Assembly: GCA_951406725.2 (NCBI GenBank)
Contig: OX597823.1
Span: forward strand, 31,310,001 to 31,374,000
Source: Octopus vulgaris
Lineage: Eukaryota
DNA length: 64,000 nucleotides
Direction of reading: 5' to 3'
Shown here in pieces: positions 26,467 through 41,805 of the stretch. The stretch's first letter is position 1; the number at the start of each line of letters is the position of its first letter. Position numbers and translations under genes: made by a program. Under the pieces are notes generated by a model. The model saw only the letters and a list, made by a program, of their open reading frames with translations. It did no database searches and was not told the origin of the DNA.

Positions 26467-26743
26467 GGGTTCTTGGTCGAACCGCTAAGTTACGAGGATG
26501 TAAACGCACCAACAGCTGTTGTCAAGCAGTGAGTGGGGAAGACAAACACAGACAGAAAGATGCACGTACGCACACCCACACACATATGCGATGGGCTTCT
26601 TTCAGTTTTCGTCAACCAAATCCACTCAGAATCTGTGGTTGGCTCGAGGTTATAGTAAAAGACACCTGAAAAAGGTGTCGCGCATGTGAGACTGAACCCG
26701 GAACCATGTGGTTGGAAAGCAAGCTTCTTACCACACAACCACA
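26467..26743 (-). mobile_element. SINE family B (3'-truncated)
   Basis: gaaccgctaagttac..gaacccggaaccatgtggttgg..cttaccacac. Confidence 0.85.
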
Positions 26744-27133
26744 GTGAGATTAGAAGAAGAGTGAGAGAGTGTCTGGGAGAGTGAGTGAGTGCGTGCGTGT
26801 GTGAATGAGTGAGTGAGTGAGTGAGTGAGTGAGTGAGTGAGTGAGTGAAAGTGAATTTGATGAGAGAGGATAAAACCTCTGATTCTATTTTACAGGGAAT
26901 CATCAACAGGGACATTACAAATGTGAGAATCCAGAGGTTAATAGAGAGAGAAACAGAGAGAGAGAGAACCAGACAGAGAAGGAGAAGAGAGCGAGCGAGC
27001 CATCCAATACGAGCAAGACAATGTGCGTGTGCGCACATGTATACTCGCTTGTGTGTGAGCGTGTGTATGTGTGTCTAGGTTTATTCATGTAAGATAATTT
27101 CAAGGGCTAACAGGCTAACAGGAGAGCCGGAGA

Positions 27134-27184
<51 letters not shown>

Positions 27185-28146
27185 CGTGCGTATGTGCTTG
27201 CGGCTGTGTACGTCTGTGTAATGAATGAATAGCAAAGTGTGTGTGTGTGTGTGTGTGCGTGTGTGTGTGTATATGTGTGTGTGTTTGTATGTGTGTATGT
27301 GTGAGTGTGTGTGTGTGTAGCGTGTGAGACAGAATATAGATAATTTCATTGGTTGCTTTATATGTTTTTGTTCACTGGTGGCGGATTAAAATGATCGCCT
27401 TACATACAGACAAGCATTAACATAGTTAGAAAGAGAGAGAGAATGGGGAGAGGGGTGGGCAGAGATAAAGAGTGAGAGAGAGTGGGGAGAGAGGGAGAGA
27501 GAGACAGAGAGAGCAGTTGGCCGAATTATCGAGTGTGTTCACGTCACAGTTTGCCGGATTATCGTCGGTATTCATGTCAAAACGTTGGATTAAGTTTAAA
27601 GTTGATGGGTTCAATTCACTTTACGGATTACAATTTTTAATTGAAGACTGTGACGGAGCTGGGGGTATTAAAAGGGTGGCTGACAGCCCTGGATGACAGC
27701 TCAGGTGATGATAGTACAGGTAGTAGCGAACAAATATACACCTTGAGATTACGGGTTCGTATTCCGTTATTGTATTTGGCCAAGACAACAGAGGTCTGAA
27801 ACAGCCCAGTCTAACAAGTTGAATATGTTCGATGACATAAGCGGTTGGCAGAGTTAAACAACAGGAGCACTGTAAAACTAACGAGTGTGTCGTTATCTTA
27901 CGGTGACGAGTTCGAACTTCCTCGTGAGCTGGAGAATATTTTCGGAGCGTAGTCTTCATTCTCTCATTATCAAACCACAGTCGACCAGAGAAACTATATT
28001 TCCTCTTTTGTGGGAGCAAGTGGACCGATGATCGTAAGATTTTGGTTTGGATTTCTTGACCCGTCCTGTGGGGGGAGAACATATGCACCACAGAATCCAG
28101 GGAAACATGCTTTATGAGCCGATGGCTTGTGTAGGGCCTTTGATCT

Positions 28147-28178
<32 letters not shown>

Positions 28179-28200
28179 CATACATACATACATACATACA

Positions 28201-28271
<71 letters not shown>

Positions 28272-28276
<5 letters not shown>

Positions 28277-29925
28277 ATGTTATTTTATTCCATACAGATA
28301 GAAATATAGGAAAAATAGAAATTGAAAATGCTACTGAGAATAGTTAGTTAAAATATTTTTATTATCATATTTAAAGATTTAACCGGTTTCACATTTTTCT
28401 CTGATTTTCAAAAATTTGAAATAGAGGGACGTGGCTTATGTCGCAGCTGTTTTGTTTCGGACTAGTGTTTGAAGTTTGCCCTGTTTTTATAGAGAGGTCA
28501 TGGTTCAAATTAGGATTTGATTGGTAGAGGATAGTCACATGACTAATCTTAGAATTTTTTTGTAAGTTCCCCGCTACGTCCGTGTGTTAGTATCAAGTGA
28601 CAATGTATAGCATCGTAAGTCAAGGCTGACAAGGTTGACTGAACAAGTCGAGTGGTAATACTAAACAATCAATACTCTGAATGTTTTCAGTCAAGTGTTT
28701 ATAGAGAATGAACATGTGATTAAGTTTAGAACCTTTTGTACGTTTTCCACTGCGTCCGTGCGTTAGTGTCACGTGGCAGCATATTTTGCGACTAAAATGA
28801 AGGCCGACAGTTGAGTGAATATGTTTAGTTATAATCAAGACACTCCAAATTTAATCTGTCTGGTGAAAGAGTAGACAGGAGTAATTTGTATGTAGTCCAG
28901 TGGCTAAAGTTTAGGTTGTTAGCTGTGTCGGTTCCCCACGTTAAGTGGTAGAATGAGTTTTGTCTGTCAATAGTTATTTGTGTATGCACTTTGTTAAAGT
29001 CTGGGTTTGTACTTTTGTATGAAAGTATTCTCTTTGTTTATCCGTGCTACATCTGTGGTATTCACTGAACATAGGTTGAGTGGGAAGACCTGGAATTGGG
29101 GGAGGGGATTTTTTGCACATATGTTTATGTGTCCACTCAGTAGAATCTGTTTAGCACTGGGGTCTCGTATTTGTTGTCGGTGAATCGTCAGTCTATTTCT
29201 CAGAGTAAGTTTTGTTTGACCTATGTAATCCTCATTACATCCTTGACATTTGATAGCTAGCGTATATTAAATTCCTTGAAGAACATGTAAAGTAATATTT
29301 TACGGTAAAAATCTATCCTGATTTGAATTCGTATATTGTGTCTTCAATAAGATTGATGTAAGTCCCACAATTTGGGCGGCCACACTTTTTGAGTGTTGTT
29401 GTAGGAGTTGCGGAAGGTAAATTAGCACTTGTGAGGAATTTTTTGAGAGACTTTGATTGTCTTTTACTTTTGTGTATTTCGAATGCTTGTTTCATTCTTG
29501 GGTATTGTCTTAGTAGTGGGATGTTCTGGTGCACAATATTGTAAACCTGTGTTTCTTGGGTTGTGTGTTGTAATAAAGGGTACATTATTAGATGTATCGC
29601 TTTTTATAGTTCTTCGGTATTTATTGCTCTGGCACACCCTATTCTTTATCTCTATTAACATTAATGGACATTGTCTTTAAGTAGTATTTATTTTAGTTCC
29701 TGGAGTCTTTTATTGCGAGTTTCAGGGTTTGAGACAATTGTGTAGATTATTCTTGCTAGATTACAGGGAATATTATTCTTCATGTGTTTGGGATGGCATG
29801 AGGAGAACAGTAAGTATTGTTTAGAATCTGTTAGTAGTGAATATCTGTTTCAATGTTTTTATCTCTTTTGAGTATATCCAGGAATGGTAGTTGAGTTTTT
29901 ACTGTTTTCCATTGTGATGCTTATA
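28272..29925 (-). pseudogene. 5'-truncated, decayed Penelope-like element (Neptune-like): RT thumb, Cys-rich linker, GIY-YIG, 3' UTR
   Basis: ITMENSKTQLPFLDIL..TDSKQYLLFSSCHPKH..VPFITTHNP..KKCGRPNCGT..NLIY(A)IKCQGCNEDYIGQTKLTLRNRLTIHRQQI; the 3' end abuts (TA)n; HHR-like motif at 28375-28416. Confidence 0.9.
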
Positions 29926-31061
29926 TTATTGTTTATGATATTGATTAGGTTTTTGAAATTGACCCCGGCTGCATTTGAACTCAGAACGTAAAGACAGACG
30001 AAATGCCGCTAAGCATTTTCCCCGGCGTGCTAACGATTCTGCTAGGTCGTCGTTTTTGTCCTGTACTAGATATACTGGTTTCAAATTTTGGCACAAAGCC
30101 AGCAACTTCACGGGAGTGCTGTGTCAGAGAGTAGAGAATGTGGTGATGTTCATGCATTTTCTCCATCTTTTACAATAATCAAAAACCGAAGAGAAAAGAA
30201 ATTCTTGTTTACATTAAGTTATTAAGTTTCATAGTTCGCATCATGAATACCATCACCGCCAACACCGCCAACACCGCCACCCTCATCAACGCCATTAATA
30301 TCACTACCACCACCACAACCACTCCAACGATGACCACCACTACCACCACCAATACCAACACCATCACAATCAGCATCACCGACCACCAGCCCCACCATCA
30401 CCACCACCATGATGACCACCATTAACACCAACAAGAACAACAACAAAACTTATACCATCTTCATCATCATCATCATCATCCTGAATATCATTGTACAAGC
30501 CATACAATCTCATTCACTCCCTTTTCTTCTTTAGTTTAACATTTAAATGCTGATCTATGATTTTCGGTCCACACCCATGCAAAGACACACACACACGCAC
30601 ACACACACACACGCACACACACGCACACACACGCACACACACACTTACACGCACACACACACAAGCATACACACATACATGAATACACATATAGGCACAC
30701 TCAAACATACATGCACGTTCAGGCGCATACACATACATACACGCAACCACGTACTCAAGCACATGTGCACGTATATAGATATGCATATACACGGACATAC
30801 ATACACGTACATACACACATACACATAGTTACACATACACATACTCGCACACACGTACAAACATATACACACACACATAGAAGCACACACCTGTACGCAC
30901 ACATATATACATCTACAAATACATAATCACACACACACGTTAGACACACACAAACACACACACCCATCCCCCACACACATGCACACACAGACACACACAC
31001 ATGCACACATGCACATATACACACACGCAGGTACAAACACACACGTAGAGATACACACTGA

Positions 31062-31213
31062 AGTGGCCGTGTGGTAAGAAGCCTGCTTCTCTATCACATG
31101 GTTCCGAGTTCAGCCCCACTGCGTGGCACCTTGGGTACGTGTCTTCTGCTATATCCTCAGTCTGACCAAAACCTTGTGAGTGGATTTGGTAGACGGAAAC
31201 TGAAAGAAGCCCG
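31062..31213 (+). mobile_element. SINE family B, 5' half (3' half at 32321-32525)
   Basis: Head to gaaagaagcccg, where the internal microsatellite normally starts; the matching tail resumes at 32321. Confidence 0.85.
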
Positions 31214-31217
31214 CTGT

Positions 31218-31926
31218 CAGTAGCGACTCGTAGATAAAATTAGTTGGGTCGCTACTTCATAAAACTTTTAGCTGTTTTCTTAATATTGTGTAAAAGGAAA
31301 CAAACATATAAAAAGAAAATTCATATATAAACATAATCGGTTCATGTTTTAGCCACTGTCGGGTAGTGTGTTTAATTTTTTTTCACTGGACACCACCGCG
31401 AATTCCCCCTTGTTTTTCAAAAATCCCCACTAATTCACAAAATAAGGGTTGGGGGAATCTATCTTATTTTCAAATCCTGGAAGCAACATTGAAACTGGAA
31501 GCAGGATAATAATCTAATCCTACACTTTATCAGATTCAAGAATATAAACATGTTTTTAAGCACAACACATGCGGAATCAAAAATAAACAGTACTTTTCAC
31601 CAGCAAACCAGGGTCGGTACTGCGTGACAGACAGTGCTGTTTCTCCCTAGCGTGCAGCTTCCTATCTCGGACATCTGAGCATGCGCACAACAGCCAAACA
31701 CCACGTCGCTGGAACTGTGAAGCGCACAGTTCTATACAAGGATTTTTGTATTTTTTTCATAAACTAGGGGATGGCTACTGACATTTAAGCTTAAGGATTA
31801 TATAATGTACAAGTATAAAGAAAGAATTAAAGAAAAAAGGACTCATTATATTGAATGTTATCAATAATATCGATTGGAAATAGGGGGTGCTGCAGTTCCG
31901 CTTTGCCTATATACGAGCTACCACTG
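31218..31926. mobile_element. Probable non-autonomous hAT-like DNA transposon
   Basis: Imperfect TIRs CAGTAGCGACTCGTAGATA / TATATACGAGCTACCACTG; no clear TSD. Confidence 0.5.
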
Positions 31927-31929
31927 GTA

Positions 31930-32119
31930 TTTTCTATTGGACTTACTTCTGTTTCCTGTTTCTGAAGAAAAGCTTCGCTCGAAACGTAAAACACCCTTTG
32001 TTTTTACTTCCCTAAGCGTCTGCTAATACTTTACATGTACCACGTCCTCATGTTGTTGCTTTTTTGTGTTTGTTCTTCGGGGTTTTTTTTTTTGGTGGTG
32101 GGGTGGGGGGGATTTATAC

Positions 32120-32120
<1 letters not shown>
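31930..32120 (+). mobile_element. Short HHR-bearing element (family H2); hammerhead at 31957-31993
   Basis: uguuu CUGAAGA a aagc-uuc-gcuc GAAA cg UA aaaca; the tail is homologous to 57970-58070 (minus). Confidence 0.7.
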
Positions 32121-32167
<47 letters not shown>

Positions 32168-32218
32168 GTATGTATATGTGTATATATGCATGTATTTGTG
32201 TATGTATTTATATTTACA

Positions 32219-32274
<56 letters not shown>

Positions 32275-32320
32275 TGTATGTATGTATGTATGTCTACATG
32301 TATATATGCATGTATTTGTG

Positions 32321-32525
32321 TGCCTGTGTTTGTCCTCCCACCATCGCTTGTCAAACGATGCTGGTGTGTTTACGTCTCCGTCACTTAGCGGTTCGACAAA
32401 AGACCGATAGAATGAGTATTAGGCTTACAAAGAATAAGTCATGAGGTCGGTTTGTTCGACTAAAAGGCGGTGTTCCAGCATGGCGGCAGTCAATATGACT
32501 GAAACAATTAAAAGAGTAAAAGAGT
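32321..32525 (+). mobile_element. SINE family B, 3' half
   Basis: tgtttgtcc..atcgcttg..cttagcggttcg..gactgaaacaattaaaagagtaaaagag. Confidence 0.85.
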
Positions 32526-32552
32526 AGATCGACACACACAGACGCATACACT

Positions 32553-32586
<34 letters not shown>

Positions 32587-32990
32587 CTGAGTAGAGGCAC
32601 ATACACGCACATACATAAATACGCGAACAGCTGTATGCGAACACACGAACGTACAATTACAGATGCTTAATACGTACGCATACACACACACACATACACA
32701 TAAACACATTACTATAAGCAATAACTGAAACTCATATCCCGCGCTCTTCGTCTCTTTCGTCTCCCCCTCACAGTCTCACTCAACGTTTCACCCGCCAGCC
32801 TCCACTCACGCTCAAACATTTGTACTCGAGTACACTCTATTGCAATTGAGATTTTAATGTACAGCAGATAAACATGCACACACACACACGCACACATGAA
32901 TGCACGCGCGCGTGCGTGCACACACACACACACGTCCATACACGTATATATATATTTCTCAATGTACATGCATGTGTATGTGTGTGTGGG

Positions 32991-33044
<54 letters not shown>

Positions 33045-33047
<3 letters not shown>

Positions 33048-33323
33048 TTCGTTTTGGGATTTGGCTTGCAAGATTCTTTATGAGAGTTCGTGTGTTGAAG
33101 CATATTCTGTTGTGTCTGGGGAGATCATTTTCTTTTTGTGCCTTATAATTTAACCGGTAAAATTTCCACTTATTTCTTAGTTTTATTTTCAAAACTTTTG
33201 TAAACGTTGCAAGACGCAACGAAAATTTTAGGAATATGAAAATAAGGAATAAGTGGAAATTTTATCGGTGAGTGTGTTAAATTATAAGGCACAAAAATAA
33301 AATGACTCTCCCCAGACACAACA

Positions 33324-33325
<2 letters not shown>
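33045..33325. mobile_element. Fold-back element (family H3) with central hammerhead-like motif
   Basis: Arms 33107-33190 / 33231-33324; centre guugc-aagac-gcaac GAAA auUU uagg; (TA)n on both sides; homologous to 63348-63635. Confidence 0.8.
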
Positions 33326-33384
<59 letters not shown>

Positions 33385-33775
33385 GTTTATGTTAGAATGG
33401 GTACATGTAGGTATATTCGGTCAAGTATGCATATAAATAGTTATATATATATAGATACGTACATACTCACACGCAAACGCACGCACACACACACACACAT
33501 ACGCACACATATGCACACGTGTGTTTAGGCGCACACACGTGTAAGAGCAGAGAGGGCGGGGAGGGAATAAAGAAGAAGAAGAAGAAGAAGAAGAAGAAGA
33601 AGAAGAAGAAGAAGAAGAAGAAGAAGAAGAAGAAGAAGAAGAAACTCTGAAAATTGCATCATTATATATTATATGGTAGAATCATATACAAGTTGTGGCC
33701 TTATATACACACATATATATATATATATATACATGTACATATATACATGTATATATACACACACACACATATATG

Positions 33776-33820
<45 letters not shown>

Positions 33821-33878
33821 TTATATATATATTTCTGTATATATTGAAATACACAGATTGATACATAAATAAATAGAT

Positions 33879-33942
<64 letters not shown>

Positions 33943-34314
33943 TAAACTTCATGAACTAGGGAAATATACGGGCATACACATTCCTCTCTCTCTCCTTCTC
34001 TCTCCCTCTCTCTCCCTCTCTCTCCCTCTCTCTCTCTTTCTCTCTCTCCCCTCACACACATGTATGAACACACGATCGTCTGCTAAACTCTATGCATCGC
34101 TATGATTCAGTAATCATTTATTCTTCGGAGAGTCGGTTTTTAAACTTAATCTGTGACAATATACATCAGCTTCTAATTAATTTTACACACTAGCATATAC
34201 CTGCCAGCCTATTTACATATACACCTATGCAGATGGGTTTATTGTATGGATAGGTGTATATATGCATGAATGTATAAATGCTTATCTACGCTGCATGTAT
34301 TTATCATGTGTGTA

Positions 34315-34346
<32 letters not shown>

Positions 34347-34367
34347 TGCATACACACACACACACAC

Positions 34368-34413
<46 letters not shown>

Positions 34414-34748
34414 GAGCGTAGGTTCGATATGTAAAAGACTTTTTCAGTTCCTGAGCGTTATACTTATACATCTGTTTATTTTCTACACCACCTGTCTTCG
34501 TCCTTTGTTTTTTTTTTCGTGAATTCTCCCCCTATATATATGTATATATATATATGTATATATATATATATACACACACACAAAATATATATGCATATCA
34601 TACGTGCATACAAATACACACACGCACACATATATATATACATACATATATATACACATACATATACATACATGCATACATACATACATACATACATACA
34701 TACATTCATACACAAACACGCAAACACATTCATATAAACATATACATA

Positions 34749-34799
<51 letters not shown>

Positions 34800-34858
34800 T
34801 TACAAATCTGCAAACCTGTTTATATACTTATATATACATACAAACATGCATACATATA

Positions 34859-34961
<103 letters not shown>

Positions 34962-35265
34962 GTATATGTTTGTATATATGTGTGTGTGTGTATATATATG
35001 TGTATATATATATATATATACACATACATACATCTATACACACACACACACACACACACACAATGGGTGCTAATGCCGTAATTGATGAGGTGACGCTCAA
35101 CAGAGAAAGTGCTCAATAAGTAATTCGAATTTAATTAAATTTATTAAAAGCTATGACAACAGACTGCATGCATGAATCTAGTAGAACGGAAGTGAGGAAT
35201 CGTATGTGTATGTGTGTGTGAGAGTGCGAGAGAGAAAGAGAGAAAGAGTGTGTTTTCTGTGTATG

Positions 35266-35296
<31 letters not shown>

Positions 35297-35492
35297 ATGT
35301 GTGTGTGAGTGTCTGTGTGTGTATATTTGTATAAATATATATATATATATATATATATACAAACATATATATAAATAGATAGATAGTTATATAGATATAT
35401 GCATATGCATATACATATATATATATGTGTGATCTATAACTATATATCTATCTATCTATCTGTCTATCTATCTACCTATCTCTCTCTCTCTG

Positions 35493-35529
<37 letters not shown>

Positions 35530-35906
35530 GGATATATATATATGTACATAAATATACATATAGATATTACATATATATGTATACACACACACGCACACAC
35601 AAACGTGAGTATACATTTATGTAATATATATATATATATCTATATATAAACAGACTTGTGTTTACATATGTACATATTTTAATGCACGCATGTGCATCTA
35701 TATGAATAATATCTACATAGATACATATGCGTATACATACGCATATATGTATATATATGTATAAGCTCGAATCTTCCCCCACGCCGCGATATACGCACAC
35801 ACAGATATGTATGTGTGTATATATACATATGCATATATATATATATACATACATACATACATACATATGTGCATATGTATGTACGTAAGGAAAGATGTAT
35901 ATATAT

Positions 35907-35941
<35 letters not shown>

Positions 35942-36370
35942 CGCAGAGACAGAGAGGGTGAGAGGGAGAGAGACAGAAAAAGAGAGAGAAAGAGAGAGAG
36001 TAAGAGAGAGAAAGGAAGATATAGTTATTCAGACTTAGTGATACAAGTGTGCCAGGCTGTTCGCGTCTGTCTGTTTGTCTCCCATCGTGCACTTTAAGCG
36101 AGCTCTTTGTTTTACTTTTCAGAAAGAAAGAAAAAAAACAGAGAGAGAAAAGAAAGAAAAAAAAAGTGCTGTGATTAATTTATTGGATTGAATATAGTGC
36201 AGGAAGGCAATGTTATTTCGGTTTCGATCCCACATTAAAGACGGTTCACTTCTTACGCATCACCCCTCTTCATAGATTAGTGGGGAGTTTTCATCAGGCA
36301 CTTTGTATATACCTTTCTCTGTCTACCGAGCTGCTTTTCAAAGTGATTGTATATCTATCTATCTATCTAT

Positions 36371-36538
36371 TTTTTTAAATTTTATTTTACCCCCCCCCTT
36401 TTTTTTTGTCCTCTTTCTTTCCATTTACTATCCCTTTTGATCGAAAACCAAAGCCCCTTCTTTTACCCCCAAAAGAAAAGCTCTACCTTGTAATTTTGTC
36501 CTGTCTGTGTGCAGCCCTGTGTGGCTAATAAAGAAACA

Positions 36539-36540
<2 letters not shown>
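36371..36540 (+). mobile_element. Tx1-like LINE 3' UTR fragment in (TATC)n
   Basis: aaagaaaagctctaccttgtaa..gtgtgcagccctgtgtggctAATAAAgaaaca, as at the 3' ends of the 41.8 and 42.5 kb copies. Confidence 0.9.
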
Positions 36541-36590
<50 letters not shown>

Positions 36591-36720
36591 CATCCATCCA
36601 TCCATCCATCCATCCATCCATCCATCCATCTATTTATCTTTCTGTCTATCTGTCTCTCTGTCTGTCTATTCATCTATCTATTTGTCTAGCTATCAGTCTG
36701 TCTGCCTGTCTATCTATCTC

Positions 36721-36780
<60 letters not shown>

Positions 36781-37279
36781 CCTGTCTATCTCTCTATCTA
36801 TCATCTATCTATTTACCGATGCTTACCTGTTTGGTTTTTTCGATCTTTCTGCTTAATCTTCCCATTTTCTCTCTCCCTGCTTCCCTGTCCATATTCTTGT
36901 CCAGCTGCCTATGGAACACTTTCGCTTTATGGATTTTTTGTTTTAAAAAAAATATCGGTCTGTCTGTCTGACGAACTATCTATATGTCTATCTGTCAATC
37001 CATCAATCGATTTCTCGATCTATGTGTGAGTGTCTGTGCATATACGTATATACATATGTACAAAGACGTACCGCACACACACATACACACGCTCAATCAC
37101 TCACTCACACACACACACTCTCTCCCTCTCTCTCTCCGACTCTCTCTCTGTCTCTCTGTCTCTCTCTCTCTCTTTCACACACACACACATACACACACAT
37201 ATGCTTATATCTACTCTCTGGTAGGCAAAAATTGGTGCTATGCTATAGACGAACACGTATATATGCTCTATAGACATGT

Positions 37280-37339
<60 letters not shown>

Positions 37340-37413
37340 CTATATAATTACATATATATATACACATAACACACATCTTCCTACCTACGTGATTATCTTT
37401 TGGCCTGTCTGCG

Positions 37414-37519
<106 letters not shown>

Positions 37520-37782
37520 TCTATCTATTCATTTGTATATCGTGCTTCACATGCCTTTGTGGTCTAATATGTGTTTCTCTAAATTATGTACATCCGTATA
37601 TACAAACGTATATATGTATATATGTGTGTGTGTGTTTGTATTTATACATATCTGTATATTCTATATATACTGTATAAAGATAGATAAATAGGTAGACAGA
37701 TAGGTGATAGATAGATAGATAGATAAATATACATACATACACACATACATATATACCTATATACATACATATATATACACAC

Positions 37783-37883
<101 letters not shown>

Positions 37884-38333
37884 TAACATGTGTTTACTTG
37901 CAACAATACTCGTTGCTGTCATATTAGCATCTGTCACTTTTAAATTTAACTTCTGAAAACTCCTGCAGCGTAAACAAAATAAGGTTGCTAAGTGCATATC
38001 GAAATGATTGCGATGTATTATCGAACGAACCATAGGGTGAGGAGTGGGCTGATAACGACACACTGTTTCCAGGGGTTGGGGCGTCGTGCTCAGACGTTGA
38101 AATGACAAATTTGATAATGATTTATATAATATTGGCACAACATCTTAGAAAATTGGGTTGTTTAGGGTTGGTGATTTTCACGGAATTTGCCGAAATTCGT
38201 GTTTGCTCGAATATGTATGCATGTTTGTTTGTATGTATGTATGTATGTATGTATGTATGTATGTATGTATGTATGTATGTATGTATGTATGTATGTATAC
38301 ACCGGCACACGCAGCACACACATACATGTAGAC

Positions 38334-38406
<73 letters not shown>

Positions 38407-38423
38407 AACAGACAGATAGATAA

Positions 38424-38468
<45 letters not shown>

Positions 38469-38469
38469 C

Positions 38470-38560
<91 letters not shown>

Positions 38561-39075
38561 CAGACGAACAGATAAAGAGAGACAGACAAACAGAGATAAA
38601 GTAAGAAAGAGTGCCCCAGGTAAAGGATGAAAGGGGATATTGTTCCTATTGAGGTTTGGACTCAGAATTTAGAAAGATGAAGCTAAATACTGCCAGGTAT
38701 TTTAGTTTGATGTTCGACAGAAATAATTTGCCAAAGTATTGATTCCTAACGTAGACACCAGATTACAGTTTGGGGTGTTTACTTTATTCTGTAGACTTTG
38801 GGAGATTGAATTATGAATTTGACATGGGTGGGAAATTTACTCAGAACCTAGAGTACTTTGGCCAAATGTATTCTTTATAGCCATGGGTGGACCAGTGCCT
38901 TGTTAGTAAATTTCGAAGATGGAACCTTTATCGAAGCTAGCTAGATAAATAGATAAATTCATGTGTGTATATATTTAGATAAATAGATAGATAGACATAC
39001 ATACATACACACATATATCATATACTTACATACATACAGATATACACATATATACAAACATTTATATATATATAC

Positions 39076-39179
<104 letters not shown>

Positions 39180-39639
39180 GTGTGTGCGTGTGCGTGTGTG
39201 TGTGTGTGTTTACTTGCAATAATACACGTTGCTGTTAAATTAGCATCTGTCACTTTCAACTTTAACTTTCAAAACTCCTGCAGCATAAACAGATAGATAG
39301 ATTATACGTGTTCGTCTTTGCGTTTGTATTTATCCCGCCACCACACCATTAGACAGTCGGTATTGGTTTATTTATATCCGCTGTTCGCCAAAAGAGTCAA
39401 TTTGTTCGGCTAAAACCTTCATGGCAGTTCTTCATCTTAGTTACAGTCCAATGACTGAAACGCAGAAAAAAGAAAGAGACGCATGTAAGATCATATCTTC
39501 TGAAATATGGCACAGTGGATTAAAACTATTTACCACCAACTGAATGGTATTATACCTGACTTCAGACCATGTAGTCCCAGAGAGGTACATCTAGCTTATA
39601 AATGGCCAATAGTTGAAGTCCATTAACAAGGTGTATCTG

Positions 39640-40060
39640 AGGTGGTAACAATATGATTTTTTCCGCTTGATGGAAAGTAGTATATACAATTTCTCAGCGA
39701 AGCAGGTTTGGCAAATACGTACTCCGAGTGATTTAGGAATGACCCCATCAAGGATGTTCCATATAATGTTGGGGACGTTATTTCGATTAATTGGAGCCCA
39801 GATGGGTTCATACTATTCTGAAGGTAATTTTTTTCGATTCGAGTGTTAATATTATTTGCGATGGCAGTTTTGCGATGACAGTTCATTTTGAAGAACTGGT
39901 GGTGATCGGTTTGGTATTTTTAGTGATATTTTGATTAACTTTTTAATCTAATCACTTGAGTTTTTAATGAGGATTTATTTGTGTTTGGAAAGGTTTGAGA
40001 TTAGTTCTTAGGCGTAATTTGAACATATACCGTGAGCTGTGTTCTCAAACATCTGCCAAC
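39640..40060 (-). pseudogene. Highly decayed PLE endonuclease C-terminus (Naiad-like)
   Basis: DHHQFFKM..NNVPNIIWNILDGVIPKSLGVRICQTCFAEKLYIL versus WSILSVSFPFDKGRKHCGVCNSELFHIL at 45.8 kb. Confidence 0.55.
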
Positions 40061-40106
40061 TCGACTTTATGATGTAAGATTGTGTAATGTGATATAATGT
40101 ATGGTG

Positions 40107-40207
<101 letters not shown>

Positions 40208-40384
40208 TGCAGGACGGAGTAGAGGTGAAGGAGGAGACGGTTGCTGATAGATTATTGGTTTGGAAGGCTTCAAACGGCTTTCATCTTTATCGAGCTCAGT
40301 TAATAAAAAAAATTAGTTCCTCTTCAATTTTTTTTTCTTTCGTGTCCATTGTTTGGTGAAGTTTTGTCATGTCTGCTGTTTAGT

Positions 40385-40432
40385 GGTTGTTGTAACTGTT
40401 GTTGTTGTTGTTGTTGTTGTTGTTTTGATGTA

Positions 40433-40464
<32 letters not shown>

Positions 40465-40659
40465 CGATGGTGATGACGATGGTGGAGATGATGATGATGA
40501 TGATGATGATGATGATATTGTTGTTGATGCTGCTGCTGATGATGATCATGATGATGTTGTTGATGATGCTGATGCTGATGATGTTGATGTTGATGATGTT
40601 GTTGTTTATGTTGATGATGCTGCTGCTGCTGCTGCTGATGATGATGATGATGTTGTTGA

Positions 40660-40700
<41 letters not shown>

Positions 40701-40794
40701 TTGATGTTGATGATGTTGTTTATGTTGATGATGATGATTATGATGATGATGTTGATGATGATGCTGATGATGATGATGATGTTGTTGTTCATGT

Positions 40795-40841
<47 letters not shown>

Positions 40842-41035
40842 GTCACGATGATAACGACGAGGCGACGACGACGATTATGATGCCGTCCTCATTCATCATT
40901 GTAGTCGTCGACGACGTCGCTACCGCCGCCATCGTAGCCATCACCGTCTACGTCGCTTGCCATCGCCATCACAGCCGCCATCGTAGCCGCCATCGACGCC
41001 GACGCCGCCGCTGCTGTCGTCGTTGTTGTTGATGT
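40385..41035. repeat. Compound (GTT/GAT/GCT/GAC)n trinucleotide tract
   Basis: Direct inspection; explains the poly-D/M/I ORFs. Confidence 0.95.
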
Positions 41036-41706
41036 CATTGTTATTGAACTTCTGATAGGCTCTGATCGACTAAACCGATGATCAAAGACATTTTTCAGCC
41101 GTCAGCATCTCGTCTCTGCGTATTCAAATGGACTCGGGTCAACATGAGGTGCAGCTTATTACAAGACCGAGACACCACATTGCGGCACCGACGTTTCTTT
41201 GTTTTTCTTCGACGAAGTTAAAGGGGGGGGCGTGCCTATGTTTTATTTTTATCCTATTTCTTTACTTTTGTTTGATTGTTTTAAGTCATCTCCTCCCTCT
41301 ACCCTCTTTGGGAGGTCATTGGTGGTTTCTGGTCAGGGACTTGTCACCAGTGGTAATGAGGTCTGGTCCAGTTTGCGATGGAAGGAAACAGACACATATA
41401 CACATATAGTACGCAGCACACGTGCACACACAAATACACACGTACACACACACACTAACACGCAAATACGCACACAAACGCATACACACACACGTATAGA
41501 CGCACATACATTTACAGACACGTAACGAGTAAAGACAGTTAGACAGATACATACATAGATATACAGACAGACAAACAGACAGACAATACAGTTCTATATT
41601 TAAGAGATGAGGAATTATGTACATTATTTACATATCAATTCTAAATAATGTAAATAATGTGAACAGACAGACAGATAGACAGATAGACAGGTAGACAGAC
41701 AAGCAA

Positions 41707-41749
<43 letters not shown>

Positions 41750-41758
41750 TATAGATAT

Positions 41759-41805
<47 letters not shown>

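Noticed and set aside
34413-34535. Hammerheads here and at 53826-53942 and 20810-20846
   Set aside because: Truncated family fragments lacking the 5' CUGA half of the core.
40349-41032. 227-aa Asp-rich ORF resembling an acidic biomineralisation protein
   Set aside because: Open in several frames and on both strands because of (GAT/GTT/GCT)n; non-ATG start, no splice or signal-peptide evidence.
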